From sequence record NC_055900.1: 40,000 nucleotides of DNA, one strand, 5' to 3'. Of the stretch, positions 39,109 to 40,000 are shown piece by piece; the stretch's first letter is position 1, and every line of letters starts with the position of its first letter. Origin of the DNA: an uncultured phage cr125_1. The notes below the pieces were generated by a model. The model was given only the letters and a program-made list of their open reading frames with translations, was not told the origin of the DNA and made no database searches. The position numbers and the translations under genes were made by a program.

Positions 39109-39777
39109 ATGAATAAGACTGATCAACAGAAAAACAATAAATATATTAATTACTGGACAGAGTCTGGTAAGTCAGCAAAAGAAGCTAATCAATCTATTAA
39201 GATTGCTAAGACTATAACTTATAAAGATAAAAGTGGTAAAATACGTAGTATAACTACATATCATCATCCTACTTTAAAAGAGATTACGTTAAGTAAACCT
39301 CATATTAAAGACTATAGTCTAACAAAGGAACAGAAAGAAGAACGTTTTAATAATGCTCCATTTAGTGAGTATCACAATAAACTTATTAATCTTACTTATA
39401 GTAAGGAAAATAAGATTGCTAAGCAACAAGCTCAGATTGCAGCACATAATAGTAAAATAGATTCTATTATATGTAATACTAGAGCAAGAAAGTTAGCTAC
39501 TGCTAGAATTAGACAAGAGAATTGTCCTAATATACTTATAATACGCAGAGAGGATAGTAAAGGTCTTCCTTATGATTTTAGCTGTAATCCTTCTAGAAAG
39601 AGCTTAGATGAGCTTAGAAGAGATGCTCTCGAAATGTTACCTATATTTAGTAAGTCTATGAAAGACTTCTTTAGTATTGAGATTTGGGAAGCATCAGAAT
39701 ATGCAAATAAGTATAATGGAGGTAATTATCGTTATTGCTTATTTAGAGATAAAGAACAACGACTTAATGCAGCATAA
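39109..39777 (+). CDS. Hypothetical protein, 222 aa
   Basis: Intact Lys/Asn-rich ORF. Confidence 0.65.
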   Translation: MNKTDQQKNNKYINYWTESGKSAKEANQSIKIAKTITYKDKSGKIRSITTYHHPTLKEITLSKPHIKDYSLTKEQKEERFNNAPFSEYHNKLINLTYSKENKIAKQQAQIAAHNSKIDSIICNTRARKLATARIRQENCPNILIIRREDSKGLPYDFSCNPSRKSLDELRRDALEMLPIFSKSMKDFFSIEIWEASEYANKYNGGNYRYCLFRDKEQRLNAA

Positions 39778-39778
39778 T

Positions 39779-40000
39779 ATGAAAATAAGTTCTTTAGACG
39801 CTATTTCTATTAAAAAGGAATCAGCTAAATTAATTAAAGTAAACACTGAGATAAGAGAAGGACAAGCAGTCTTCATTGTAGCTCAGGAAAAGTTCCCTAA
39901 AGCAGTTACTAAACTTAAGAATACTAAGTATGATTGCTTCTATGAAGATTCTAAAATAGATTTATTTCTATTGGAATTACAAAATTATGATGCTGAGTAA
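39779..40000 (+). CDS. Hypothetical protein, 73 aa
   Basis: MKISSLDAISIKKESAKLIKVNTEIREGQAVF...NYDAE*; start overlapping the previous stop is more plausible than 39677. Confidence 0.55.
   Translation: MKISSLDAISIKKESAKLIKVNTEIREGQAVFIVAQEKFPKAVTKLKNTKYDCFYEDSKIDLFLLELQNYDAE

Noticed and set aside
1-40000. CRISPR array or known anti-phage/defence operon
   Set aside because: No regularly spaced direct repeats and no Cas, toxin-antitoxin or restriction genes recognised.

Overview
This 40 kb window reads as part of a crAss-like (Crassvirales-type) tailed phage genome. Genes on the - strand run from 1 to about 23.5 kb: structural genes, major capsid, acidic scaffold-like protein, zincin-like proteins, portal, TerL, tRNAs, small accessory genes and ThyX. 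Genes on the + strand run from about 23.7 kb to the end: small early-type genes, an amidoligase-like protein, a sigma factor, and long structured non-coding stretches. The - strand late genes are broken in the standard-code ORF track almost only by TAG. Reading TAG as an amino acid (most likely Gln, code-15-like) reconstitutes full-length TerL (681 aa), portal (836 aa), MCP (487 aa) and others. A tRNA with a CTA anticodon is encoded at 17392..17465. The most unusual observation is at about 29.9-30.5 kb. It looks like a phage-encoded tmRNA in circularly permuted order: the 3' half with T-arm and acceptor strand lies upstream, and the 5' half with a tag-like frame ending DYTRIAA-stop lies downstream. 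Three long-range helices join the halves, and a tRNA-like minihelix follows. Also notable are two dispersed structured RNAs with a compensatory P3-like helix (group I-like core order), a roughly 1.8 kb structured region at 35.1-36.9 kb, an HNH gene with five in-frame TAGs next to the amber-decoding tRNA, and a double-zincin protein whose HExxH motif contains a TAG. All calls come from manual reading; no database search or folding software was run.
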